A DNA stretch of 43,986 bases from Verrucomicrobiota bacterium (GTDB lineage Bacteria; Verrucomicrobiota; Verrucomicrobiia; Limisphaerales; Palsa-1400): NCBI GenBank assembly GCA_050011995.1, contig JBEKIA010000031.1:1-43986 (forward strand). The letters are read 5' to 3'. Each line of letters starts with the position of its first letter. Within the stretch, counting starts at the first letter, position 1. Below the pieces are notes generated by a model. It was not told the DNA's origin and made no database searches. It saw nothing but the letters and a program-made list of their open reading frames with translations. The position numbers and the translations under genes were made by a program. Of this stretch, positions 18,674-25,831 are shown in pieces.

Positions 18674-18693
18674 GCGTGTTTTCAAGTTTTGTT

Positions 18694-18815
18694 GTAATGC
18701 CTCAGTCATGGACGGTAGGGCGAGACTCTGTCGAGCCGAAACTCGATTTCCTGGGAAAAAGTCGCGGCTCGACAGAGTCTCGCCCCACCTTTGCCCGCCG
18801 TCACTGACGCGTTAC
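18694..18815. repeat. GTAG-type REP doublet / MITE-like element
   Basis: 25-bp inverted repeat (24/25 match) GGTAGGGCGAGACTCTGTCGAGCCG at 18714-18789, nested in outer inverted repeats GTAATGCCTCAGTCA / TCACTGACGCGTTAC. Confidence 0.8.
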
Positions 18816-19035
18816 GTTTTTTTGCGGGCAGAGCGGGCGCGGAACCTTATGCCTGTCTCAAAGACGCGCCGGGGCGCCTGCCCTACACGGCCAACCGGGA
18901 AGCCGGCCAACTGAGGCCGCTCAACTGGAAGAAAGCCCGTCAGCCCCAAGTCAAGCGGGCCGCTTGATTGTTCCATCGCCGTCCGGCCAATCCGCCCAGG
19001 TATCCCGCATCCCCGGCCCGCAAGAGGGGGGAGCC

Positions 19036-19096
19036 GTAATGCGTCAGTGAAGAGAGAGGAAAAGGTGGGGCGGGTCCCGATACATCGGCGCGCCAC
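19036..19096. repeat. Partial second copy of the same element family
   Basis: GTAATGCGTCAGTGA...AAAGGTGGGGCG matches the reverse complement of 18781-18815. Confidence 0.6.
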
Positions 19097-19143
19097 AATT
19101 CCAAAACATCTGTTGGAGGCGGTTCCCGCCGCCGCAAGAAGAA

Positions 19144-19188
19144 CAAAAAAGGCGCCCGAAGCCCTTTTCAAGGGGCTTCGGAACGCCT
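19144..19188 (-). terminator. Intrinsic terminator of VPDSG-CTERM gene 1
   Basis: Minus strand AGGCGTTCCGAAGCCC-loop-GGGCTTCGGGCGCC followed by TTTTTT. Confidence 0.8.
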
Positions 19189-19215
19189 GCGCAGAAATAC
19201 AGCAACCGAATGGAA

Positions 19216-19767
19216 CTAGGCCATCATTTTGCGTTTCATCAAGCCGAGGGCTGTCAGAACTCCACCGAGCAGCATGACCGTGGAACCGCCGTCAGGTGCA
19301 TGATCGGTATTAGCGTACACATCCAATTGCTCACTCGTTAATGTGCAGTCAAGGGTGACGGAAGCGCTGAATTGGCCATTCTGGCTTTGGATGTAACCCC
19401 ATTGTGTCGAGTTCAGGCTGAAATCCACGGTTTGTGAGTCAGAACTACCATTGCCGTAAAGCGTTGTTTGGCTATTATCAATTGTCAAGTAGACCGGGTC
19501 GTAGCGCAAGTCACTGATCGTCAAATAGAGGTCTCCGCCGTAAATTGAATATGCCGTGTCACTGAACACGGTGCCAACCGCAGGAGGAGCAGTAGAAATG
19601 GACTTCAACTGTGCCGTCGTGAAATTAAGAGTAATCGGATTGTCCCAATAATTAGCATTTACAGATAGGCTTTCCTGAAATGTTGGATCGTCCTGAGCGT
19701 AGGCTTGCAGGCCTGCTGCTAACAATGCTACCAATGCGCCGCCAAGTAATGTGCTGTTTTTTTTCAT
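19216..19767 (-). CDS. VPDSG-CTERM (PEP-CTERM-like) exosortase substrate 1
   Basis: Signal peptide MKKNST...AYA; S/T/N/D-rich body; C-terminal APDGGST + transmembrane helix + KRK. Confidence 0.9.
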   Translation of the reverse strand: MKKNSTLLGGALVALLAAGLQAYAQDDPTFQESLSVNANYWDNPITLNFTTAQLKSISTAPPAVGTVFSDTAYSIYGGDLYLTISDLRYDPVYLTIDNSQTTLYGNGSSDSQTVDFSLNSTQWGYIQSQNGQFSASVTLDCTLTSEQLDVYANTDHAPDGGSTVMLLGGVLTALGLMKRKMMA

Positions 19768-19825
19768 AATGATTGTGAGAATTTCAAATTCTCGAGTTCT
19801 TTTGGGTTGCTGTTTCAATTGTTCC

Positions 19826-20033
19826 GGCTCTTCGACGTTTTCAGTGGAATCCGCCCCGCTCGTAGCGCAGGTTTCCAAACCTGCCGTGACGCCGATTTCC
19901 AAATCGGCGAATCGGGGAATCTCGCTGTCGCCGCGGGCTTGGAAGCCCGCGACACGGCAGACTTGGAAGTCTGCGCTACAAGCCCGACACTCTGCGTGTC
20001 GAACCCGCAATCCACTGAACTCGTCAAGGAACC
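19826..20033. mobile_element. ~208-bp MITE/REP-like composite palindrome in the leader of VPDSG gene 1
   Basis: Outer imperfect 23-bp inverted repeats. Inner GTAG...CTAC unit (19862-19979) carries four hairpins with TTCCAA/TTGGAA centres. Confidence 0.75.
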
Positions 20034-20114
20034 ATTTTTCTTGTTTATTGCTTATTTGCTTATCTGCTTATTTGTTCGCAGCACGCGCTGGAGCAAACAT
20101 TCAGTGCTAGATGA

Positions 20115-20129
20115 GCTAGAACTGTGCCA
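20115..20129 (-). promoter_or_regulatory. Sigma54 promoter (TGGCACA-N4-TAGC) of VPDSG gene 1
   Basis: Correct GG-N10-GC spacing; preceded by AACT as in the second copy. Confidence 0.75.
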
Positions 20130-20227
20130 AGTTATGCTCCCTCTATTCATTCGTCTCGCAAGTGTCTGGGCGATAGAGACTTGCCATTCCGTGCAACTCC
20201 TTCTCAAATCCGGTCCGAGGAAGCAAC

Positions 20228-20335
20228 TGTAATCATTTCCAACGCGTGTTGGAGATTTTCGGCGAAAAAAGGATGGAACCTCCTCAATATCAACAAGATG
20301 TGAACGTCACGGCCCAAGTGTAATTGAACCCGACG
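20228..20335. promoter_or_regulatory. Two putative PrsR enhancer sites (20228-20244 and 20319-20335)
   Basis: TGTAATCATTTCCAACG and TGTAATTGAACCCGACG; same motif and spacing as upstream of VPDSG gene 2. Confidence 0.6.
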
Positions 20336-20411
20336 TTTTTCCAGGCATGGCAGGGTTCGGCCCGTCGCCGGCAGCTCACTGGCGCCCCCATGATGGTGAA
20401 TTTTACAGGAG

Positions 20412-20450
20412 CAAGATTAAGAGGGGAGCCCAAAAAAGTGGAATGCGCCC
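20412..20450. repeat. Half copy (C) of the hexamer-arm palindromic element
   Basis: AAGATTAAGAGGGGAGCCCAAAAAAGTGGAATGCGCCC, 16 bp after the prsR stop. Confidence 0.7.
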
Positions 20451-20466
20451 GCGGCTGTGGCTGGGA

Positions 20467-21819
20467 TCACTCCCTGGGGATGTTCAACTTGTCCATCAGA
20501 TCGTAAAGCTTGGGCCGGCCGATGCCCAGCGCGACGGCGGCCGGAGCGATTTTTCCCCCATGCTTGCGCAAGGCGCTTTGAATCATCTCTCTTTCCAGAC
20601 GTTCCCGGGCTGCTCTGAGCGTGGTGCCGCTGAAGCCGGGGGTGGCGGGCGGCAATTCCAGGTCGCGCATGGTCAGGCGTTTTCCTTCGGCCATAATGAC
20701 CGCCCGGCGGATGCAATTCTCCAACTGGCGGACGTTGCCGGGCCAGGGGTTGTGGCTCAAGGCGCGCATGGCTTCCGGGTCGAAGGCCAAACCGGCTTTG
20801 CCGGCCTGCTCGGAAAAGCGGTGGAGAAAGAACTGCGCCAGCAGCCGGATGTCGTCCTCCCGTTCCCGCAGGGGGGGCATGGCAATTTTGACGACGGCGA
20901 GGCGATAAAACAAATCCTCGCGGAAAGTACCGTCCAACAGGCCTTTTTTGAGATCGGCATTGGTGGCGGTGATGATGCGGGCATCAATGGGGATGGGCTG
21001 GCGTCCGCCGACGCGCTCAATGAACTGCTCCTGGAGGAAGCGGAGGAGTTTGACCTGGATGGGCAGGGGGATTTCGCCGATCTCATCCAGAAAGAGCGTG
21101 CCGCCGATGGCGGTTTCAAAGCGTCCTTTCCGCTGGGCGTGGGCGCCGGTGAAGGAGCCTTTTTCGTGCCCGAACAATTCGCTTTCCAAAAGCGTTTCCG
21201 GGATGGCGCTGCAGTTGATGGCGATAAAAGGCCCCTTTTTGCGGGCGCTGCACTGGTGGATGGCTTGCGCCGCCATTTCCTTGCCGGTGCCGCTCTCGCC
21301 CAATAAAAGCACGGGGGCGTCCGTGGTGGCCACTTTGCGGATGGTCTCAAACAGGCTGCGCATGCCGGCGCTGGTGCCCAGCATCCCCTCGAAGACGTCC
21401 GGGCGCGCCTCGCGCTGCATCTCCCGGATCTCCCTTTCCAGTTGGGCCACATGGAAAACGCGTTTGAGAAGAACCTTCAATTCTTCCATTTCCACCGGCT
21501 TGGCCATGAAATCGTAGGCCCCTCCTCCGATGGCGCGCAGACCAATCCCCTTTTCGCCCTGCCCGGTGATGACGATGATTTTGGCCAGGCTGTCCAGGGC
21601 GGTCAACTCCGCCAGCGCGGCCAGCCCCTCCTCGGGGCCGGCGGGATGGGGCGGCAGGCCCAAATCCAGCAGGACGACCAGCGGGCGGGCGGCTGCAAAA
21701 GCTTCCACCGCGCCCGGCCGGTCCCCCGCCAGGACGATGTCGTAGTCGCCGGCCAGCGCCCATTTCATCTGGGTGCGGATTTCTTCGTCGTCGTCCACGA
21801 TCAGTAATTTTGGATTCAT
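20467..21819 (-). CDS. prsR: PEP-CTERM-system sigma54-dependent response regulator
   Basis: Receiver with LDLGLPP, GESGTGKE, GSFTGA, LFLDEIG, FREDLFYRL, WPGNVRQL and a Fis-type HTH; adjacent to prsK. Confidence 0.9.
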   Translation of the reverse strand: MNPKLLIVDDDEEIRTQMKWALAGDYDIVLAGDRPGAVEAFAAARPLVVLLDLGLPPHPAGPEEGLAALAELTALDSLAKIIVITGQGEKGIGLRAIGGGAYDFMAKPVEMEELKVLLKRVFHVAQLEREIREMQREARPDVFEGMLGTSAGMRSLFETIRKVATTDAPVLLLGESGTGKEMAAQAIHQCSARKKGPFIAINCSAIPETLLESELFGHEKGSFTGAHAQRKGRFETAIGGTLFLDEIGEIPLPIQVKLLRFLQEQFIERVGGRQPIPIDARIITATNADLKKGLLDGTFREDLFYRLAVVKIAMPPLREREDDIRLLAQFFLHRFSEQAGKAGLAFDPEAMRALSHNPWPGNVRQLENCIRRAVIMAEGKRLTMRDLELPPATPGFSGTTLRAARERLEREMIQSALRKHGGKIAPAAVALGIGRPKLYDLMDKLNIPRE

Positions 21820-23963
21820 CTGCTGTTTTTGCTGGCCGGCAAAAGCACCCGGAAAGAGGTGCCTTTGTTCAGTTGACTCTCCACCTCAATCCTGCCGCCG
21901 TGCGCCTCGACAATCATCTTACTCTGAAACATGCCAATGCCAAAGCCATCTTTCTTGGTGGTTTGAAAGGGCCGGAACAAGGCGCCCCGGAGGAACTCCG
22001 GGGCCATGCCGCAGCCGTTGTCCGCCACCGTCAGCACCACCCAGTTTTGGGCCTGGCTGGTCTGGACGCGGATTTGGCCGTTGGGTCCGACGGCTTGGGC
22101 GGCGTTGAGGAGGAGGTTGGTCACCACTTTGTGAATCTGTTCAGAGTCAAATGGAAATTGGGGGATGGGGCCGAGATGGGACGCCAGGGCCAAGGCGGGG
22201 GAGCCGTTCCAACTGGCCAGGATTTTGGAAACCAAATCGTTCAGATCGGAAACCTCCGGGTGAATCTGCAGGTCGTGGCGCAGAACACTCAGCCGCCCGA
22301 TCAAATGGTTGATGTGCCGGCCGGATTTGGCGATGCCCCGCAGGGCATCCTCCCGGAAGGCCGGATTATCAAAGTGGACGGGCAGGTTTTGCAGCATCAA
22401 GTTGAGCGTGGAGGCGGTGTTCTTCAAGTCATGCACGAAAAAGGCGGACATGGTCTGAAAGGCCTCCAATTCCTTGGCCTGCAAGAGCTTCTGCGAGAGC
22501 TGGGAATTGAGCAGGCTGGCCGCAATCTGGTCCCCCACACATTTGAGAAGGTCATAATCCTGGAGCGAAAAGAGCAGACCGGCCACCCGGTCGCCCAAAA
22601 TCATCAGACCCAGGAGTTCGCCCCCCGCGACCATGGGCACGCAAACCCGGCCGCCGCCCTCCTCAAACTCCGAGGGATGGCAACGCCGCAAGGTCACGGC
22701 CCAATTCTCACTGGAGTACTCCACATCCACCGGTTCCAGGCGATGGCGCATGGCCTGGATCAACTCGGCGGCTTCTTCGCGGCTGGGCCGCAGTTTTTCC
22801 GCCATCGCCGCGGAGAGCGAGGTGGAAGCGGCCAATTCCAGATTTTCCCCCTTGTCGTCCATCAACCAGATGCTGACGGAAAGGGCCTGAAAAATGTCCG
22901 CCGCCAGCTTGACGGAGGCCTGGCACAGTTCTTTTTGCGTCACCCGGCTGGCCATGCCTTCGGTGAAACGCCTCCAGACGGTGCGGTAATCATAAAGCGG
23001 CCGTTGCAGATAACGGCTGACCAGCCGCCGGGTGTGCAATTGCACCCGGTCGGAAAGCAGCAGGACGGTCACCACCACCAAGACCACCAGGATGAAAAAG
23101 GCCCTGAGTTGGAAGGAACCGGTCAACCTCAGCCACTGCACCACCTTGGCCAGCACTCCGACGATGAGCAAATAAAGGCCGGCAACCAGGAGGGTGACGG
23201 ATTTGTGGAGGTCTTTGTGGGAGGGATAAACGGCCACCTCCGCCGACCCGCGGAACAGCGAACGCAACATCAAAAGGCAGCCCAGCAGCAACGCCGCCGC
23301 ATTGACTGTCGCGGCAGAACTGGTCGGCCCCGTCACGGGAATCATTCGGTCGCGAATCTGAAGCTGGGTCGGCAGGACCAGCGCCTGACTGGCGGTATAA
23401 GCCCTGACCGCAAACAACAAACCCAGGCCAAGCACCATGAATTTGATCCGCCACCGCATCGTCCCCACCGACGCCCAAAATGTCCTTTCCAGTTGCATCA
23501 GAATGACGACCGCGCCCAACAAGGAGATCATATACGCGACCCAGCCGGTGGGGGTCAAAGCGAACAGCCATTGCTGCGTTGCGGAAAGAAAGACCTGCCC
23601 GCCCACAAGCTGGCCGCGGTGCCAGACCGCCAAGGCAATGGGGACGATGAAAGCCGCCCCCAAGGCCTCCCGCCATTTGCCCAAGAACTCCCGATAATTT
23701 CCCCGCGCATAACTGAGACTGAATAGAAGCCAGACGCCCGGCAGCAGCGACATGGACAGCAAAGCCCAATCCTCCCAACGACCCGCCTCCTCCGGGGAAA
23801 CGGCCCCCGTCATCAGCCCGGAAAAAACGCTTTCACAGGACAGCAGGGCCATGCCAGCCACAAAGAACCAGACCGCCACGGAGCGCCGCTCGCGGAAAGC
23901 GGCAATCAGCGCGACCGCGCCCCCAAGAAAGGCGGCGGAGTAGTCGAGTATGACGGCATTCAT
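21816..23963 (-). CDS. prsK: PEP-CTERM-system histidine kinase
   Basis: Multi-TM N-terminus, YDYR linker, GAF-like region, AF..MSAFFVHDLKN H-box, DNGCGM and GFGIGMFQ motifs. Confidence 0.9.
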   Translation of the reverse strand: MNAVILDYSAAFLGGAVALIAAFRERRSVAVWFFVAGMALLSCESVFSGLMTGAVSPEEAGRWEDWALLSMSLLPGVWLLFSLSYARGNYREFLGKWREALGAAFIVPIALAVWHRGQLVGGQVFLSATQQWLFALTPTGWVAYMISLLGAVVILMQLERTFWASVGTMRWRIKFMVLGLGLLFAVRAYTASQALVLPTQLQIRDRMIPVTGPTSSAATVNAAALLLGCLLMLRSLFRGSAEVAVYPSHKDLHKSVTLLVAGLYLLIVGVLAKVVQWLRLTGSFQLRAFFILVVLVVVTVLLLSDRVQLHTRRLVSRYLQRPLYDYRTVWRRFTEGMASRVTQKELCQASVKLAADIFQALSVSIWLMDDKGENLELAASTSLSAAMAEKLRPSREEAAELIQAMRHRLEPVDVEYSSENWAVTLRRCHPSEFEEGGGRVCVPMVAGGELLGLMILGDRVAGLLFSLQDYDLLKCVGDQIAASLLNSQLSQKLLQAKELEAFQTMSAFFVHDLKNTASTLNLMLQNLPVHFDNPAFREDALRGIAKSGRHINHLIGRLSVLRHDLQIHPEVSDLNDLVSKILASWNGSPALALASHLGPIPQFPFDSEQIHKVVTNLLLNAAQAVGPNGQIRVQTSQAQNWVVLTVADNGCGMAPEFLRGALFRPFQTTKKDGFGIGMFQSKMIVEAHGGRIEVESQLNKGTSFRVLLPASKNSR

Positions 23964-24018
23964 CGGTTCACTGAAACAGGCCGGCGCATCGGCGCTGAAC
24001 CAGTTTGTTGTTCAGGCG

Positions 24019-24047
24019 ATAGTACGCCGGGAATGCGGGGCCGGCAA
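24019..24047 (-). promoter_or_regulatory. Putative sigma70 promoter of prsKR (TTGCCG-N17-TACTAT)
   Basis: Good -10 with 17-bp spacing, located after the upstream terminator. Confidence 0.55.
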
Positions 24048-24106
24048 TGGAAAAGCGGCGCATCCAACATGTGGATTGCCGCCGCAGGAGAAAAGCGAAG
24101 GGACAG

Positions 24107-24142
24107 AAAAAATAAAAAAGGCAGGGCAATGAAGCCCTGCCT
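24107..24142 (-). terminator. Intrinsic terminator of VPDSG-CTERM gene 2
   Basis: Minus strand AGGCAGGGC-TTCATT-GCCCTGCCT followed by TTTTTATTTTTT. Confidence 0.85.
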
Positions 24143-24171
24143 CCGTGAAAACCATTGATGCTTATGTTCTT

Positions 24172-24714
24172 TTAGCTCACCAGCTTGCGACGGAACATCT
24201 GCAGGCCGAACAACGCGCCGCCCAAGAGGGCAACCGTCAGGCCGCCGTCTGGAATATTGGGAACAACGACACCGAAAGCCTCGCCGCCACTTCCATTGCC
24301 CCAAAGACCACCGTCCTGCGCGGAAATGTCGCCTAACGTCGGAGCTATTGGAGTGTAGAAATCCAACGTCGCGCCGGTGACGCCAGGAGAGAACAGCCAA
24401 TTCACAGCGCCTGAAGAGAGGTTAGAACCGTCATTCGAACCAGTGATGCCAACCGGGTTGGCAGGAGTTGTGTTGAAGTACACACTGAGCGACGACAGGG
24501 CTGAAGGAGCGCCACTGAAAACATACTGATATTGGTAGTCACCCGAATAGGTCCCGGTTGACTCAAGTGTGGCGGTGGAAGCCACCGTGAAGTTTTGCGC
24601 GCCATTAACCAAGCTGGCGTTGCCGTTCAGATTCGCCAGAGCGACCTGGCTGAGGCTCGAAGTTAGGACGACTGCCGCCGTTGCGGCAAGGATTGTTTTG
24701 AAGGACTTTTTCAT
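24172..24714 (-). CDS. VPDSG-CTERM (PEP-CTERM-like) exosortase substrate 2
   Basis: Signal peptide MKKSFK...ALA; S/T/G/N-rich body; C-terminal IPDGGLT + transmembrane helix + RRK. Confidence 0.9.
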   Translation of the reverse strand: MKKSFKTILAATAAVVLTSSLSQVALANLNGNASLVNGAQNFTVASTATLESTGTYSGDYQYQYVFSGAPSALSSLSVYFNTTPANPVGITGSNDGSNLSSGAVNWLFSPGVTGATLDFYTPIAPTLGDISAQDGGLWGNGSGGEAFGVVVPNIPDGGLTVALLGGALFGLQMFRRKLVS

Positions 24715-24785
24715 AATTTTATCGGTTTTCACTGAATTTTTCACTTTATTTGTTAATTGTTCTCACTGAACAGATGTAAACTAAC

Positions 24786-24800
24786 GCAACCTTCGTGCCA
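24786..24800 (-). promoter_or_regulatory. Sigma54 promoter (TGGCACG-N4-TTGC) of VPDSG gene 2
   Basis: Perfect -24/-12 consensus. Confidence 0.88.
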
Positions 24801-24840
24801 AGTTTCACAACATCCATCCATTCAACAGCCATTTCATACG

Positions 24841-24853
24841 CAAGTAATTGATA
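24841..24853 (-). promoter_or_regulatory. IHF-binding site
   Basis: TATCAATTACTTG fits WATCAANNNNTTR, next to an AT-rich tract, between enhancer and sigma54 site. Confidence 0.65.
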
Positions 24854-24921
24854 ATCATATTATTATGAAATAATGAATTTTGCATTTCAATTTGGCTGGC
24901 GGACGGCAAGAGGCCGATAAA

Positions 24922-25030
24922 CGTAATGAATTCTGACAAAAGAACCCGGTTTTGGACCCACAGTCATCTGTAAGTGGTTTATATTGAAATGGATATGAGG
25001 ATTCACGGAAATCTGTAATCAATTCCGACG
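24922..25030. promoter_or_regulatory. Two putative PrsR enhancer sites (24922-24938 and 25014-25030)
   Basis: CGTAATGAATTCTGACA and TGTAATCAATTCCGACG. Confidence 0.6.
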
Positions 25031-25061
25031 TTTTCAGGGCTGTTGGCACTCTGGAACAGGG

Positions 25062-25745
25062 TCAAAACCAGGTGAATTTCTCCGGCACGACGATGGTGTC
25101 GTAGGGCTTGAGAGTGAACGGTTCTTCCTGCCATGCTCCATCAATGATCTTCTGGAGGTCCAGTTGTTTATACGTGTTGTGCCCAGTGGCGTCTGTCCGT
25201 ATCACTTCGACCTTTTTCAAATTCGACTTGGCGGAATCAATGCCCGTCTCGATCACCGCCTGAAAGACCGTCAAGGGCCGGTCTGAGATGAGCTTGCCGG
25301 GCCGGAGGACGGCTCCGGTGACATACACGATGAAGACGGAGCTTTGAACGGTGACGCTGACTTGCTTGACTTTGAGCTGGCCGCCGACCTTGTTTAGGAT
25401 GGCGTCCGCCGCTCCGTCCGGGGTCAGGCCGGAGACTTGGACGTCGCCCGCGTTGAGAATGGTGATTTTGCCGTCGGCCCGAATGGTGAGGGAGGCATCC
25501 ATTTCCGGCGCGCCGGGGAACTTGACCTGCAAGACATCTCCTTCGTGCAACAGCAAGGTGGCCGCCTCGGTGTCGCCGGTCGAAGGCGGCACCTGCGGAA
25601 GCACCGCGGTTTCACATCCAGAGGCGATGAGGCAGAGGGCCAGCCCCAGGGCGGCGGCGGCGGCCAGGCGGGCCGGACGAACGGACAAGAACCCGGCGCG
25701 GAGGCCGTTCTTCGATGAAAGTTTTGCAGTGAAACAGTGTAACAT
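25062..25745 (-). CDS. Polysaccharide export (Wza/OPX) lipoprotein
   Basis: Lipobox IASGC, poly_export motif GDVL...IRADGKI, SLBB VYVTGAVLRPG, LKPYDTIVVP; AGGAG RBS before 25745. Confidence 0.88.
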   Translation of the reverse strand: MLHCFTAKLSSKNGLRAGFLSVRPARLAAAAALGLALCLIASGCETAVLPQVPPSTGDTEAATLLLHEGDVLQVKFPGAPEMDASLTIRADGKITILNAGDVQVSGLTPDGAADAILNKVGGQLKVKQVSVTVQSSVFIVYVTGAVLRPGKLISDRPLTVFQAVIETGIDSAKSNLKKVEVIRTDATGHNTYKQLDLQKIIDGAWQEEPFTLKPYDTIVVPEKFTWF

Positions 25746-25831
25746 TTTATCTCCTGACGGCGCCGCTTGGGCGCTCATTGATTGTTGAATGGGTATAGAC
25801 GAGGAACGGTGTGGGGTCAAGAAAAGAACCA

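Noticed and set aside
18816-19140. tmRNA, 6S RNA, RNase P RNA or tRNA in the long intergenic region
   Set aside because: No tRNA-like ends, T-loop or other diagnostic motifs were recognised by eye; left as unassigned structured DNA.
19768-20010. 81-aa N-terminal extension of VPDSG protein 1 in the ORF track
   Set aside because: It is read-through of the palindromic insert; the signal peptide begins at ATG 19767.
21142-21159. GSFTGA instead of GAFTGA in PrsR as a sign of sigma54 independence
   Set aside because: GSFTGA is a common functional variant that keeps the key F and T, and sigma54 promoters are present nearby.
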